This document shows, piece by piece, positions 1-11,230 of a DNA stretch of 64,000 nt. Each line of letters starts with the position of its first letter. Within the stretch, counting starts at the first letter, position 1. The stretch comes from Macrostomum lignano (lineage: Eukaryota). A program made the translations under genes and the position numbers. The stretch is taken from NCBI GenBank assembly GCA_002269645.1, contig NIVC01002740.1, positions 62,001-126,000 of the forward strand. Reading direction: 5' to 3'. Below the pieces are notes generated by a model. The model was not told the DNA's origin and ran no database searches. It worked only from the letters and a program-made list of their open reading frames with translations.

Positions 1-1055
1 TAGAAAGCATATCTTACAGAGTATTTAATTCAAGTGAGCATCAAGTGATGGTTAAAGGTATGTAAAAAGCAACCATAAAGCCAGCAGTGCCTTCGCGCGA
101 TAATTCTACTGAATGGCTCAGTCTCAGTAGCATGTGCCGCATGGAAATTTAAAAAATATTTATTTAAACAAAACTAGATTGACGATACTTTTTATAGACT
201 GAATAGAGAAAAAAAGCAATTTATTTTTTCGTTAAAATTATTATTTTTTGAAGTTCTTCCTTAACAGCGAGTTTATAACTTTATAAAATTGTGTACATTC
301 TCGATTGACCATTTCAACACCGATATAAAGTAATAGAATATAATGGCATTAATGCTTACTTTTTTACTTTGATAATTTTGATAAAAAGTTACTGATTTAC
401 ACCTCTAAACGAAAGATCATCTTTTGTATGCATTAAAGTATGATGGATTTGTTACAACCTGATATCATAATTTTTGTTGCTGAAAACTAAATATGCTAAA
501 CCTGAAAACCGGTGTCCTCAAAAGCCAAAACTCAGTAGCTAAACGCAAAATTTTTATATTTTAATTACTATAATACTATTTCATGTATTTTATTGCCATT
601 TTAATTGATTTTATTTGTTATGGTTACTTTCTTGTGTGCTCTGATGATCAGTCAGTTCAAAGTGTTTTTGACAGTTTGGAAGCTGCTATTCAAATTGCAA
701 TTTAACTAGTTGTATACATAGCTAAGCTAGATAATTTAAAATCCCACAACAAATTTGAAGCAAACATTTTTATATATGACTGTTATCTTAAAATAACTTT
801 TTATTTTAAATTTTTCTATATGTAATAATTAAAATCCAAATATACTAAATCTCTAAGATTTGTATGCTTGAATGCTTGTCCGTAATCTAAATATACTAAA
901 TCTCTGAGGTTTGTATGCTTGAATGAATGCTTGCTTGTCCATAACGCTCTAGTAGTTCACTAAATTCCTTATGAAATCTATAATATATTCCCTTCAGAGA
1001 CACTGACAATAAAATTATCCAAAATAACCTGCTAACACAACATTCCAGACCTAGA

Positions 1056-4000
1056 ATGACGGTATTGGGAGAAGACAGCTCAACTGGGGAGCCAGAGCAG
1101 CAGCAGGAGCAGCAACAATATTATAATAAATTCAATGGCCAGTATGAGCCAAAAGAGATTCTTGGCCGGTAAGTAGACAGCTGTTTTCTATTTCTAGAAA
1201 TCAGTTTTTCATAATGCAGACTCATTTCTGCCCGAATCCGGTTGCACAGCGGTCTCAGCAGTGTGGTCCGTCGGTGCCAGGAGCGCGCCACCAACAACTC
1301 CTTCGCTGTGAAGATCATCGACCTCAACAACCTGAATACCGACCGTCAGGAGGTTATCAGAGAGTTGAAAATCCTGCGAACGGTGCAGGGTCACCCCAGC
1401 ATCATCCGCCTGCACGACAACTTTGAGACGGAGGCCTACATCTTTTTCGTTTTTGAAATGTGAGCACTTTGTAAACAATATCTCATCTAGTCAGGAGTCA
1501 CCCAATTCTAGTCAGGGGTCACCCAATTCTAGTCAGGGTCACCCAATTCTTATTCTAGTCATGGGTCACCCAATTCTAGTCATGCGTCACCCAGTTCTCA
1601 TGGGTTTGCCCAATTCTAGTCGTGGGTCACCGAATTCTAGTCGTGGGTCACCGAATTCTAGTCGTGGGTCACCGAATTCTAGTCGTGGGTCACCGAATTC
1701 TAGTCGTGGGTCACCGAATTCTAGTCGTGGGTCACCGAATTCTAGTCGTGGGTCACCGAATTCTAGTCGTGGGTCACCGAATTCTAGTCGTGGGTCACCG
1801 AATTCTAGTCGTGGGTCACCGAATTCTAGTCGTGGGTCACCGAATTCTAGTCGTGGGTCACCGAATTCTAGTCGTGGGTCACCGAATTCTAGTCGTGGGT
1901 CACCGAATTCTAGTCGTGGGTCACCGAATTCTAGTCGTGGGTCACCGAATTCTAGTCGTGGGTCACCGAATTCTAGTCAGAGGTCACCCAATTCTATTCA
2001 TGTGTCACCCAATTCTAGTCAGGGGCCACCCAATTCTAGTCAGGGGCCACCCAATTCTAGTCAGGGGCCACCCAATTCTAGTCAGGGCCACCCAATTCTA
2101 GTAAGGGTCACCCAATTCTAGTCAGGGGCGACCCAATTCCACTTCACAGCTGTCCAAACGGCGAGCTATTCGAGCACTTGAACCGAGTGGTTCGAATGTC
2201 CGAGAAGCGCACCAGAGCTGTGTTGAAGCAGCTGCTGAGCGCTCTCGACTTTCTGCACAGTCGCAATATCGTGCACAGAGACGTGAAAGCAGAGAACATT
2301 CTTCTAGACTCCGATATGAACATCAAGCTGACGGACTTTGGCTTCGCCATTGTGATTGACAGCGATGACATGCTGACAGATTTGTGCGGCACTCCCAGCT
2401 ACCTGAGCCCCGAGATTCTCGTGGTGAACATGTTCGAGAATCGCGACATTCGCGGCTACGGCAGGTGAAGTGACTTGTTGCTGATGTACATCAAGCTTTG
2501 TTAACACTTCGTTTCTTGGAAAATATTTGAAGGCCGAATTGACAAAATCCGCTCCAACAGAAATCTAAGGCAACTTTCATGTCGCTGGCGTATTTTTCGT
2601 GTTCAGCCAGATTTTGAGATTCTAAGAAAAGAAGTCATTTTAATAAAGTCGTTCTTTAATCAAGCCTACCATAATTAATGTCACTTGATTGATAAATCTA
2701 CTACTGTTGGCACCCGTCACGCAGGCCCGTAGACCTATGGGCTAGCGGGGTGCTCATGTATACAATGCTCAGCGGGTCGCCTCCGTTCTGGCACCGTCGC
2801 CAGATGACCATGCTCAGGATGATCATGGAGGCGCGCTTCAGTCTGGACTCGCCCGACTGGGAGGAGTCCTCCGACCTCGCCAAGGACCTCATCAGGCTGC
2901 TGCTGCGGCCGAAGCCCGCGGATCGCCTCACCGCTGCTGAGGCCCTCATGCATCCGTTTCTGTCCAGAAATGTAAGGCCCGTGTTTGACTGGTGGGTTCA
3001 ACTAGCATTGGCTATCGTTGGTTTCAGCACTCTCCGTTTCCACTGCATCAGCACCCTCAGCTTCCACTGCTTCAGCACCCTCCCGTTTCCACTGCATCAG
3101 CACCCTCCCGTTTCCACTGCATCAGCACCCTCCGCTTCCACTGCATCAGCACCCTCAGCTTCCACTGCATCAGCACCCTCCCGTTTCCACTGCATCAGCA
3201 CCCTCCCGTTTCCACTGCATCAGCACCCTCAGCTTCCACTGATTCAGCACCCTCCCGTTTCCACTGCATCAGCACCCTCCCGTTTCCATTGCATCAGCAC
3301 CCTCAGCTTCCACTGATTCAGCACCCTCCCGTTTCCACTGCATCAGCACCCTCCCGTTTCCACTGCATCAGCACCCTCAGCTTCCACTGCTTCAGCACCC
3401 TCCCGTTTCCACTGCATCAGCACCCTCCCGTTTCCACTGCATCAGCACCCTCAGCTTCCACTGCTCAGCACCCTCCCGTTTCCACTGCATCAGCACCCTC
3501 CCGTTTCCACTGCATCAGCACCCTCCCGTTTCCACTGCATCAGCACCCTCAGCTTCCACTGCTTCAGCACCCTCCCGTTTCCACTGCATCAGCACCCTCA
3601 GCTTCCACTGCATCAGCACCCTCAGCTTCCACTGCATCAGCACCCTCCCGTTTCCACTGCATCAGCACCCTCCCGTTTCCACTGCATCAGCACCCTCCCG
3701 TTTCCACTGCATCAGCACCCTCCCGTTTCCACTGCATCAGCACCCTCCCGTTTCCACTGCATCAGCACCCTCAGCTTCCACTGCTTCAGCACCCTTCACT
3801 TGCATCTCCAGCACTCTCTGCTTCTGTATCTTCAGCCCCCTCCACTTCCACTGTTCTAGCCCCCCCCCCTACGCTTCCACTGCTCCAGCGCCCTCCGCTT
3901 CCATCGCTCCAGAGCCATCATCAGCTTCCACTGCTCCAGCGCTCTCAGCTTCCACTGCTCCAGTGCCCTCCGCTTCCACTGCTCTAGTGCCCTCCGCTTC

Positions 4001-4503
4001 CACTGCTCCAGAGCCATCAGCTTCCACTGCTCCAGCGCTCTCAGCTTCCACTGCTCCAGTGCCCTCCGCTTCCACTGCTCCAGTGCCCTCCGCTTCCACT
4101 GCTCCAGAGCCATCAGCTTCCACTGCTCCAGCACCCTCCGCTTCCACTGCTCATACGCTTCCGCATCTTGACCTTATTTACCGCAACCGCTCAGGACTGC
4201 CCAGCCCGCACAAGCCAGCAATCTTCATCAGCCGAAGCTGCGCGAGTCAGGTTCCGCTCTGCCGTCCTGGCGGTCCGCTGCCTGGCCCGCCTGCACCGAT
4301 GCTGCGGCACCGCTTCGCAGACGCCGCGTCGCCTACCAGCCAGTCGGCTTCGTCAGGACCCGTACGGAGTGCGCGGACTTCGCGGCCTGGTGGACTCAAC
4401 CGCCTTCCTGGTCTACGGGCACTGGGTGAAGAAGGCGGAGAGTCAGAACCGGGCTGCTCTGTTTGAGACGTCTCTGCGCAAGGAGGAGACGGTCTTGGCT
4501 TAG
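1056..4503 (+). CDS. PHKG: Phosphorylase b kinase gamma catalytic subunit; exons 1056-1168, 1250-1459, 2150-2464, 2725-2971, 4195-4503
   Basis: Spliced translation gives [61 protein letters not shown] and the C-terminal [26 protein letters not shown]...QNRAALFE typical of PHKG. All introns are GT-AG with matching phases. Confidence 0.95.
1487..2139. repeat. 21-bp minisatellite (GAATTCTAGTCGTGGGTCACC)n in PHKG intron 2
   Basis: Directly visible tandem array with a homogeneous core and degenerate edges; it produces the spurious GSPNSSR and HRILVVG ORFs. Confidence 0.95.
3024..4152. repeat. 24/25-bp minisatellites (CAGCACCCTCCCGTTTCCACTGCAT and related units) in PHKG intron 4
   Basis: Two related sub-arrays at about 3024-3795 and 3860-4152. 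Confidence 0.93.
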
Positions 4504-4589
4504 ACAATTCTCACGGCTTGTTTTTTAACCAGGGACTGTGGGCACTGATGCGAATCAAGACGACAGTCCACCTGCAGCAGGAGAATAGG

Positions 4590-5230
4590 GGTACTCATAC
4601 AGGGTGTACTCACACATGCTGTACTCATACAGGGTGTACTCATACAGGGTGTACTCACACATGCTGTACTGACAGGGTGTACTCACACAGGGTGTACTCG
4701 CACAGGGTGTACTCAAACAGGGTGTACTCATACAGAGTGTACTCACACAGTGTACTCACACAGGGTGTACTCACACAGGGTGTACTCACACAGGGTGTAC
4801 TCACACAGGGTGTACTCACACAGGGTGTACTCACACAGGGTGTACTCACACAGGGTGTACTCACACAGGGTGTACTCACACAGTGTACTCACACAGGGTG
4901 TACTCACACAGGGTGTACTCACACAGGGTGTACTCCACACAGGGTGTACTCACACAGGGTGTACTCTCACAGGGTGTACTCACACAGGGTGTACTCACAC
5001 AGGGTGTACTCACACAGGGTGTACTCACACAGGGTGTACTCACACAGGGTGTACTCACACAGGGTGTACTCACACAGGGTGTACTCACACAGGGTGTACT
5101 CACACAGGGTGTACTCACACAGTGTACTCACACAGGGTGTACTCACACAGGGTGTACTCACACAGGGTGTACTCCACACAGGGTGTACTCACACAGGGTG
5201 TACTCTCACAGGGTGTACTCATACAGGGTT
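4590..5230. repeat. 15-bp minisatellite (GTGTACTCACACAGG)n just 3' of the PHKG stop
   Basis: Visible tandem array of roughly 40 units. Confidence 0.95.
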
Positions 5231-6267
5231 GACTGAAATCACTAAGGGGGAAGGTACAAAGGGGGAAGGAGCTACTGAGGGTGAAGGTACAAGGTGTAGG
5301 TAGATGAGCCTGTCCTTAAAGTGAGGCATTCACAGATAAAGTGCTCCGCATTCGTAACACGAAGAGAGGCGGAATGAGTGCATTCCTTACTGCTGATTCC
5401 CTCTACGAGCTAGATGTAGCGATGCCTAGGACCATGGATACCGCGCGTCCTAATGTCCTTGAGATCCAGTCCAGTTAAGATTGAAATTCAGTTAACTGCG
5501 GGTCGACTGTTCACTCGGATGTGCGTTGTTTACATACATAGTATCAGTGCTCCCCCCGACACATGTACATGTACAAACAAATCAGGACTAATTTTAGCCC
5601 TTAAACCTTCTCGTATTCTTTTTGTGTTTGTTTATTAACCTTTTATCAGTGAGTTCCATTAATGTACAGCACAGCGCTCTTTACAAGCTGGCTCTATTGA
5701 AACAAAAGCGCTCAGTAACAATGTCACTACAATATGAGTATTAATTTTTGTCCTGCATGCATACTGCAAACTTATAGTTTTGTGCGTTTGAGCACTGCAG
5801 TTGGCCTAGTAAATTAAATTGTAAATTTACAAGCGCCATGCCGTCACTTTATTCAGACGCGGTAAACTACAGCTACTAAATTGTACCGTTACACTAAATG
5901 TGCATTTTGTAACACGCTTTCTTTCCTATCTTGTTGGTACATCTGGTAAATGTATATTTACACCATGCCAAGTATAAATATATGCAACTTGAGTACTGCT
6001 TAAACTAATAAAAATTATTTTACCAAGAGTAATATTTGATATATTGCGATACGGCAAATAGTTAGGCCCTACTAGACAAACCTAACAGGAGTGATTAGAG
6101 ATTTTATAAAGCTATTAGTCCTATTTGTCGGTCGGCGAGTACTACCAACCTTTCTCCAATAGCCGCAGATACGGTACAGGAAAATGAATAACACGGTTGA
6201 ATACAATTCCACATAGATTTAGATTGAGTGGTAATCCTATCTTGAAAATGATGCTTCCGAAGCATCA

Positions 6268-8767
6268 TGGCAGCTATGCTTTTTACCCCGAAAAGTACGT
6301 TGGGATTAGCGATTAGCGATTTCTCTTCATTATCTTCACTTTCTACTTAATAAGAGCTTTCTTATGTATATTTTTTTCATTATTTTTTGTCATTCCTACG
6401 CGAAAGGTCATAAACCATTATGTAGCGATTTTGAGCGATTTATGACCGCACCTGTCGTATTTTTATGGCCCTGAGGAAACTGATAGGATCTTCTGGCCAC
6501 GTGAGTTTGGGTGGTAACAAGCTCAGCCAATCAGAAAATTCGACGTGCGTTATAACAAATCGGCTCAGCCAATCAGCGTCGAGGTGTTCCATTATAACAA
6601 ATTGCGGTCCAGTTGGCGGCTATTTAAACCGGTGTTTTTGGCCCGCTCGGACTCAACCTCCTGCTCCGCCTCCTGGGACTTTGGCCTAACTTAGACCTCC
6701 TGGAGCTCGATCCCGTCGCCTCTTGATCCCCGGATCGCGACTCCCCCATCACCATCAAGGACGAATCCCCCGGTCGTCAGCAGCGAACATCAAGATTAAG
6801 AACATCACCTGCGAGCTATCTGCGAAGATCGTGACATCAGCATTATCCCGGGTCTACAGCTGCGAAGCACTAAGCCGATTCGGTCACTGTGGATTACCTG
6901 GCTGTTGAGTTTCTGATTGGTTGGGTGATAGGCTACCTAGAATTGCTTGATTGGGTGATCCCTTTGTATGTCCCCTCTTTCAGTAGCTGGATTAGGCGCA
7001 CATTTTTGCTCTTTTATTTTCAGCGGTGCTGTTATTGAGGCAGAAATCATTTAATAATACTGATAGTAGTCTGATACTCCAATTCAATCTGAAGTGTGAA
7101 GTGATTTAGTGAGAAGGTTAAATCTGATAGTTATTGTTATCGGCTTTGTTTCTTTGTTCGCCGATGGCTAAGCTAGTAGGCGCCAGTCACAGTGGACCAA
7201 TGGCAAGGCAGTCCTGTGACGTTGTCAATTTTAGTAGACCCGTCAAGGGCCGTTTTAACATACGGTACCAATCTGTAATATTGTCAATTTAATGGTCCCG
7301 TACTCTCACGTCTGCTTAAAGTAGTGGCCAAAGAATTCTAAATAACTTGCGTATGTTTGTAAGCCTCAGTACAGTAGGCGATCGATAATTTCTGTTTTTC
7401 TCGCCGGCCAATAGAAAAGCTGCGCATAAATTATAATGTTAGCCTGAAATTAAGTTCTCCGCGCGCACCCAACCCCAGCCCGCTCTTTATCAGTCCTGTC
7501 TGGCTGGGGCGCTCGGGGTTGCCCGCCTGCCTGCCTTCTCCGCTCTTCCCCCTTTCTCTGGCCTCCTTTGCTTGTTTACTCGTTAGCTAGCTTAGGCTCC
7601 TTAGACTCTTGCCACCCCGGCACTCCGTGTTTGCTTGCCTTCTCTCCGCCTCGCTCCGCCACGGTTCTAAACCACGCCTCTGCCAAGCCTCAGTCACGCC
7701 ACTCTACTGTCTGTTTGAGCTCTCGCTGCGAGCACCGCCGCCACACGTTCACACTGTCACGCTGTTACCATTGCCTCAGGCTCCTCGACTCGATCTTTCG
7801 CCTACCAGAATTTATCTATCTTAATTGTTGTGTAACCGCCAGTGCACTCCTTCCGGATTCAGCAATTACTCTGCCCTATCGCTGTTGGCCGCCCAGGCAG
7901 AACTGATAATAGCAAGCTTAACTATCCTCTTATATTGTTACAATAAACAAGACTGCGGCCATTGCTCGCAGTCTTGAATCAGTCTTGATCAGTTGTACTA
8001 TCATCAAGTGCTACCGCTACAAATTGTGCCTCTGCCGTGTTGTCTCGTTAATCATTTTCGAGTCTGCCAATTAAATCGTCACAGTCCTCAGTCGATCAAT
8101 CTATCAAATCAGTTAGCGAAATTGCCAATAGTGCAGAATCGGCTCCAGAGATGTACTCTGTGCACTCTAGGTTAGCCAAGCGGCTCGGGTAATGAATCAT
8201 GCGGTCTCCGATGTTCGAGTTAGCCTATCATCAGCGCTAGGAGAGGCTAGTTGGCGCGTTGAAGGCCAAAAGTCCAATTCCTCGTATTTAGCAATGTATT
8301 ATAGTACATGTAACTACCCCGTAGTCTAGCTCGCCACTGCAAGAATCCCCTGCACAAGTCCCCTCTGTACCTGCATGGCCAACGCGATCTAGTCCCAGCA
8401 GTGTCCCTTAACATCGGCTATGACTTCGAGATTGACAGCAAAAAGACACTAGTTGGCAAGTAATTGCTAAGCCCCCTCTAGTCGGAAGCCCGATTTCGAA
8501 AGTTCCGGTGTGGTGAGCCAGGACGCACGGGCTGTTGGCAGCGGGTTAGTTAATCTGCGGATTAGCTAATCTCTACCTTCAAAATTCTCCCTGCTTGTCT
8601 CTCGCTGTCCCTCTCTTAGCTATAGGACCTAGACTGCTCGCCACAGTTCAAGCTACCATGGGGCTGACCATCTGACAGGAGTGGGGGCCAGGGCTCTAAT
8701 TGATTTATTTCTGAGACCTGAGGCCCGAAGGCTTCCCGAAAGGGGCCGAAAGGGCCGAAACCCATCA
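6268..8767. mobile_element. LTR-like repeat copy A (about 1.63 kb plus a nested solo LTR)
   Basis: Starts TGGCAGCTATGC and ends GAAACCCATCA. Collinear with 9600-11230. Contains repeated AGCCAATCAG (CCAAT) boxes and TATTTAAA. Confidence 0.7.
7215..8083 (+). mobile_element. Solo LTR (869 bp) nested in repeat copy A
   Basis: TGTGACG...CGTCACA inverted termini; 4-bp TSD GTCC at 7211-7214 and 8084-8087; absent from copy B; AATAAA near 7942. Confidence 0.88.
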
Positions 8768-9599
8768 CAAGCGAAAATACATGTGTGTGACTGTGTGGTT
8801 ATGTATATATGCTATTTCCTTATTTCGCACGCATACCGTACTAATATACTTGTAAATTGTACATATTCCTTCGTTCCATTTTAACAATTCTATACGTATT
8901 AATTAGGCGCTTATGTTTACTTTTGTATTTGTAGTTATTTGTCACCTTGATGTAGTATAGTTATTCCATTATTTTAATTTCATTCGTAGCTACATGCGTC
9001 TATTACATGTACTTTCCGTAAAAATCTGGTAAAGTGGCTCGCTTGATGAAGAGTGATGATGAGGAGGACCCTGACGATGTCCTAATGCAAATGGACGAAA
9101 TGCATCGGCAACTCAAATAAATAAATAACTAACTTCATGTTGATATTTACCTTTATTTATCTACTTTCCGTAAAGTATAGTTTCCATCTATGTCCATTGA
9201 CTTACAGTATTCTGGCACGATTGATTTCGTCTCATTTTCGGATTAGGCTTGTCTTCAATTGTTATCTTTGTTTACCTTAAATGATGAGGACGCACTTTTT
9301 CCCAAATCCCGCGCTAGCACATGGGCTCTAAACTTTCTGCGAATTTTCATAGAATCTATACTAGATATAATGTCTGGTCATACTAGTAGTCATAATAACA
9401 TAGGCGCAGCTTTTTGGGTCATAAATCATCGCTTTCGAAGCTGATCTGACAGCCACCTGCGCCTCACTCAGTGTTGAAGCGGGCGCCAGATGGTCTGAGA
9501 GGATGCGGGCGGTAGCTTTTTTCTCATCATTTTGACAGGCCATCAAGATTTATGAGGTCAGAGCCTATTGTTCGGATTCACTCAAGCGTGTGACAGCTT

Positions 9600-11230
9600 T
9601 GACAGCTATGCGTTTTACCCCTAAAAGTACCTTGGGATTAGCGATTAGCGATTTCTCTTCATTATCTTCACTTTCTATTTAATAAGAGCTTTCTAATGTA
9701 TATTTTTTCATTAATTTCTGTCAATCCTACGCGAAAAGTCATAAATCATTTTGTTGCGATTTTGAGTGATTTATGGCCGCACCTGTCATCTTTTTACGAC
9801 CCTGTGGGAACTGATAGGATCTCTTGGTCACGTGATTCTGGGTAGCAACAAGCTTAGCCAATCAGAAAATTCGGCGCTCATTTTAACAAAACGGCTCGGC
9901 CAATCAGAATCGACGTGTTCCGTTATAACAAACTACGGTCCAGTTGGCGGCTATTTAAACCGGTGTTTTTGGCCCGCTCGGACCTCAACCTGTTCCGACT
10001 CTGGCCTGGTTCCTACTTCACCGGCCCGGAACTGACCGTCGTTTCTTGATCCCCGGATTGCGAATTCCCCCCATCATCATCAAGGACGAGTCCCCCGGTC
10101 ATCAGCAGCGAACATCAAGTTAAGAGCATCACCTGCTAGCTAACAGCGAAGGTTGTGACAGCATCATCCCGAGTCTACAGCTGCAGAGCATCGAGCCGAT
10201 TCGGTCACTGTGGAATACCTGGTCTCCGGCTGTTGAGTTTCTGATTGGTTGGGTGAGAGGCTACCTAGACTTGCTTGATTGGGTGATCCCTTTTCTGTCC
10301 CCTGTTGCAGTAGCTGAATTAGGCGCACACTTTTGCTCATTTTGTTCAGTAGTGCTGTTGCTGAGGCAGGAATCATTCAATAATACTGCTAGTAGTCTAA
10401 GACTCCAATTCAATCTAAAGTGTGAAGTGAACTAAGGAGAAGGTTAAATCTAACAGTTATCTTTGTCGGCTTTATTTCTTTGTTCGCCGATGGCTCAGAT
10501 GAGTAGCTAAGCTAGTAGGCGCCGGTCACAGTGGACCAATGGCAAGGCAGTTCTCAGTCAACCAATCTAACCAATCAGTGAGCAAAACTGCCAAAAGTGC
10601 AGAATCGGCGCCAGAGATGTACTTTGTGCACTCTAGGGTAGCCAAGCGGCTCGGGTAAATGAATCATGCGGTCTCTGAAGTTCGAGTTAGTCTATCATCA
10701 GCGCTATGAGAGGCTAGTTGGCGCGTTGAAGGCTAAAAGTACATATCTTCGTATTTAGCAATGTAATAGTACATGTAGCTACCCCATAGACTCGCCACCG
10801 CAAGAATCCCCTGCACAAGTCCCCTCTGTACCTGCATGGCCAACGCGATCTAGTCCCAGCAGTGTCCCTTAACATCGGCTATGACTTCGAGATTGACAGC
10901 AAAAAGACACTAGTTGGCAGGTAAGTGCAAAGCCCCTTCTAGTCGGAAGCCCGATTTCGAGAGTCCCGGTGTGGTGAGCCAGGGCGCACGGGCTGGTGGC
11001 AGCAAGTTAGTTGATCTGCGGATTAGCTAATTTCTACTTTCAAAATTCTCCCTGCTCGTCTCTCGCTGACCCTCTCTTAGCTATAGGACCTAGACTGCTC
11101 GCCACACGATCAAGCTACCATGGGGCTGACCATCTGACAGGAGTGGGGGGCCAGGTCTCTAATTGATTTATTTCTGAGCCTGAGGCCCGAAGGCTTCCCT
11201 AACAAGGAGCCCGAAGGTCGAAACCCATCA
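9600..11230. mobile_element. LTR-like repeat copy B (1631 bp)
   Basis: TGACAGCTATGC...GAAACCCATCA; highly similar to 6268-8767 once the insertion is removed. Confidence 0.7.

Noticed and set aside
1423-5303. Long repetitive ORFs (GSPNSSR, SAPSAST, VLTQG and similar)
   Set aside because: They are translations of minisatellites lying in PHKG introns or 3' flank; the same applies to ORFs at 36129-36726, 39951-40733, 47628-48463 and 49113-50551.
5295-6087. Possible solo LTR (TGTAGG...CCTAACA)
   Set aside because: The flanks AAGG and GGAG do not form a TSD and there is no second copy.
8690-8770. Functional hammerhead ribozyme
   Set aside because: No intact CUGANGA core or correctly paired stem III with a GUH site on either strand.
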